From Sphyrna mokarran (lineage: Eukaryota), in contig JAGIQG010000024.1 in assembly GCA_024679065.1 (NCBI GenBank), positions 31,682,001 through 31,746,000 of the forward strand: a stretch of DNA of 64,000 bases, written 5' to 3'. The notes beneath the pieces were generated by a model, which saw nothing but the letters and a program-made list of their open reading frames with translations, did no database searches and was not told the DNA's origin. A program made the translations under genes and the position numbers. The first letter of the stretch is position 1. The number at the start of each line of letters is the position of its first letter. Positions 62,918-64,000 of the stretch are shown here, one piece after another.

Positions 62918-63690
62918 GACTTTCCACTTTCTATGCCCAAGCCACTTTTGTATTCATTTTACTAGCCCACCTTAGATGCCATATGACTTCATCTTCTGTA
63001 TCAGCCTGCCATGGGGAACCTTATGAAATGCTTTACCAAACTTCCATGTATACAACATCCACTGCCCTGTCCTGGTCAATTTTTCTTGTCATTTCCCCAA
63101 AGAACTTGATCACTTTTGAGAGACATAACCTCCCCTTCACAAAACTATGCTGCTGATCACTAATCTTTTCTCTTCTGGATTCCCTCCCTAAAAACCTTCT
63201 CCAATAATTTCCCGACCACTGATGTAAGGCTCACAGGTCTGTAATTTTCCAGATTGCCTCTTCTGCCCTTCTTAAACAGAGGAATCATGTTAACTAAAAG
63301 AAAAAATGCTGGAAAATCTCAGCGGATCTGGCAGCATCTGTAGGAAGAGAGAAGAGCTGATGTTTCTGATCCAGATGACCCTTTGTCAAAGTCCACTGGT
63401 TTGAGAATCCAGCATCCATAGTAATTTGCTTTCATTTTTGGATAATGTTAGCTACTCGCCCACGACTAAACAGGATACAAAGATTTTGGCCAAGGCTTCA
63501 ATAATATCTTCTCTTGCCTCTCAATATTCTGGGATAGACCCTATCTGGCCCTGAGACTTATCCAACTTAACGATTTTCAAGACCTCCAATACCTCCTTTT
63601 TTTATCTCAAAATGTCCCAAAATGTCAACATCCTCCTTTCTGCACTCACTACCCACCATATTCTTCTCCTTTGTGAATACTGATGCATTA
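62918..63690 (-). mobile_element. Decayed CR1 RT region with nested family-B Penelope fragment (63296-63440)
   Basis: aatgctttaccaaacttccatgtatacaacatccactgcc, ccccttcacaaaactatgctg, gatgtaaggctcacaggtctgtaatt (YRPVSLTS on minus). Confidence 0.8.
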
Positions 63691-63761
63691 CTCTAGTGGT
63701 AGTTATTGTGAGTGTAGAATCAATGAGTTAAAGGGCCTTTTCTATGCTATATGACTCCACT

Positions 63762-63884
63762 GCCAGAATTCTACCACCCCGCCTGTCATAGAATCAGTGT
63801 GGACGAGGGGTGGACAATGAAAATATCCTTGATCCTGGGTGGGATTTTCCGACCTCGGTCAAGTGAAACCATCAAATCCTGCCC
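63762..63884. mobile_element. MITE-like TIR element
   Basis: gccagaattctacc ... aaatcctgccc. Confidence 0.4.
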
Positions 63885-64000
63885 AACGATTCTGATTCAA
63901 TGGCTCCAAACTTTGGTGTCACATTAGATCTGGAGATGAACTTTCAATCACATGCCCTCACCACCACTATGGTTGCCTGTTACTATCTCAGCAACCTCTG

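Overview
Repeat-rich vertebrate genomic DNA. The repeat complement points to an elasmobranch (shark): V-domain HE1/MER6-type SINEs, Deu-domain SINEs, and CR1, L2, Rex1 and Penelope-like elements. No host protein-coding gene is recognisable. Nearly all ORFs in the track are chance or repeat-derived, and only a few weak + strand exon candidates exist. The only real coding remnants are retrotransposon ORFs, mainly a 4.56-kb head-to-tail pair of young but disabled CR1 LINEs (28972-33530). Main points of interest: (1) many short Penelope-derived fold-back inserts from three families carry minimal hammerhead-ribozyme cores, including a 188-bp palindrome whose single mismatch falls on the variable core nucleotide. 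(2) A tRNA-headed SINE appears to be the fused 5' and 3' ends of a LINE that has the same tRNA-like head. (3) Two ~280-bp local templated duplications, one inverted into a CR1 and one landing at the centre of an 18-bp palindrome. (4) V-SINEs have two alternative tails. (5) The CR1 composite is inserted exactly at an exon-like donor site. Repeat boundaries were read by eye and are approximate, and family names come from recalled consensus motifs, not database searches.
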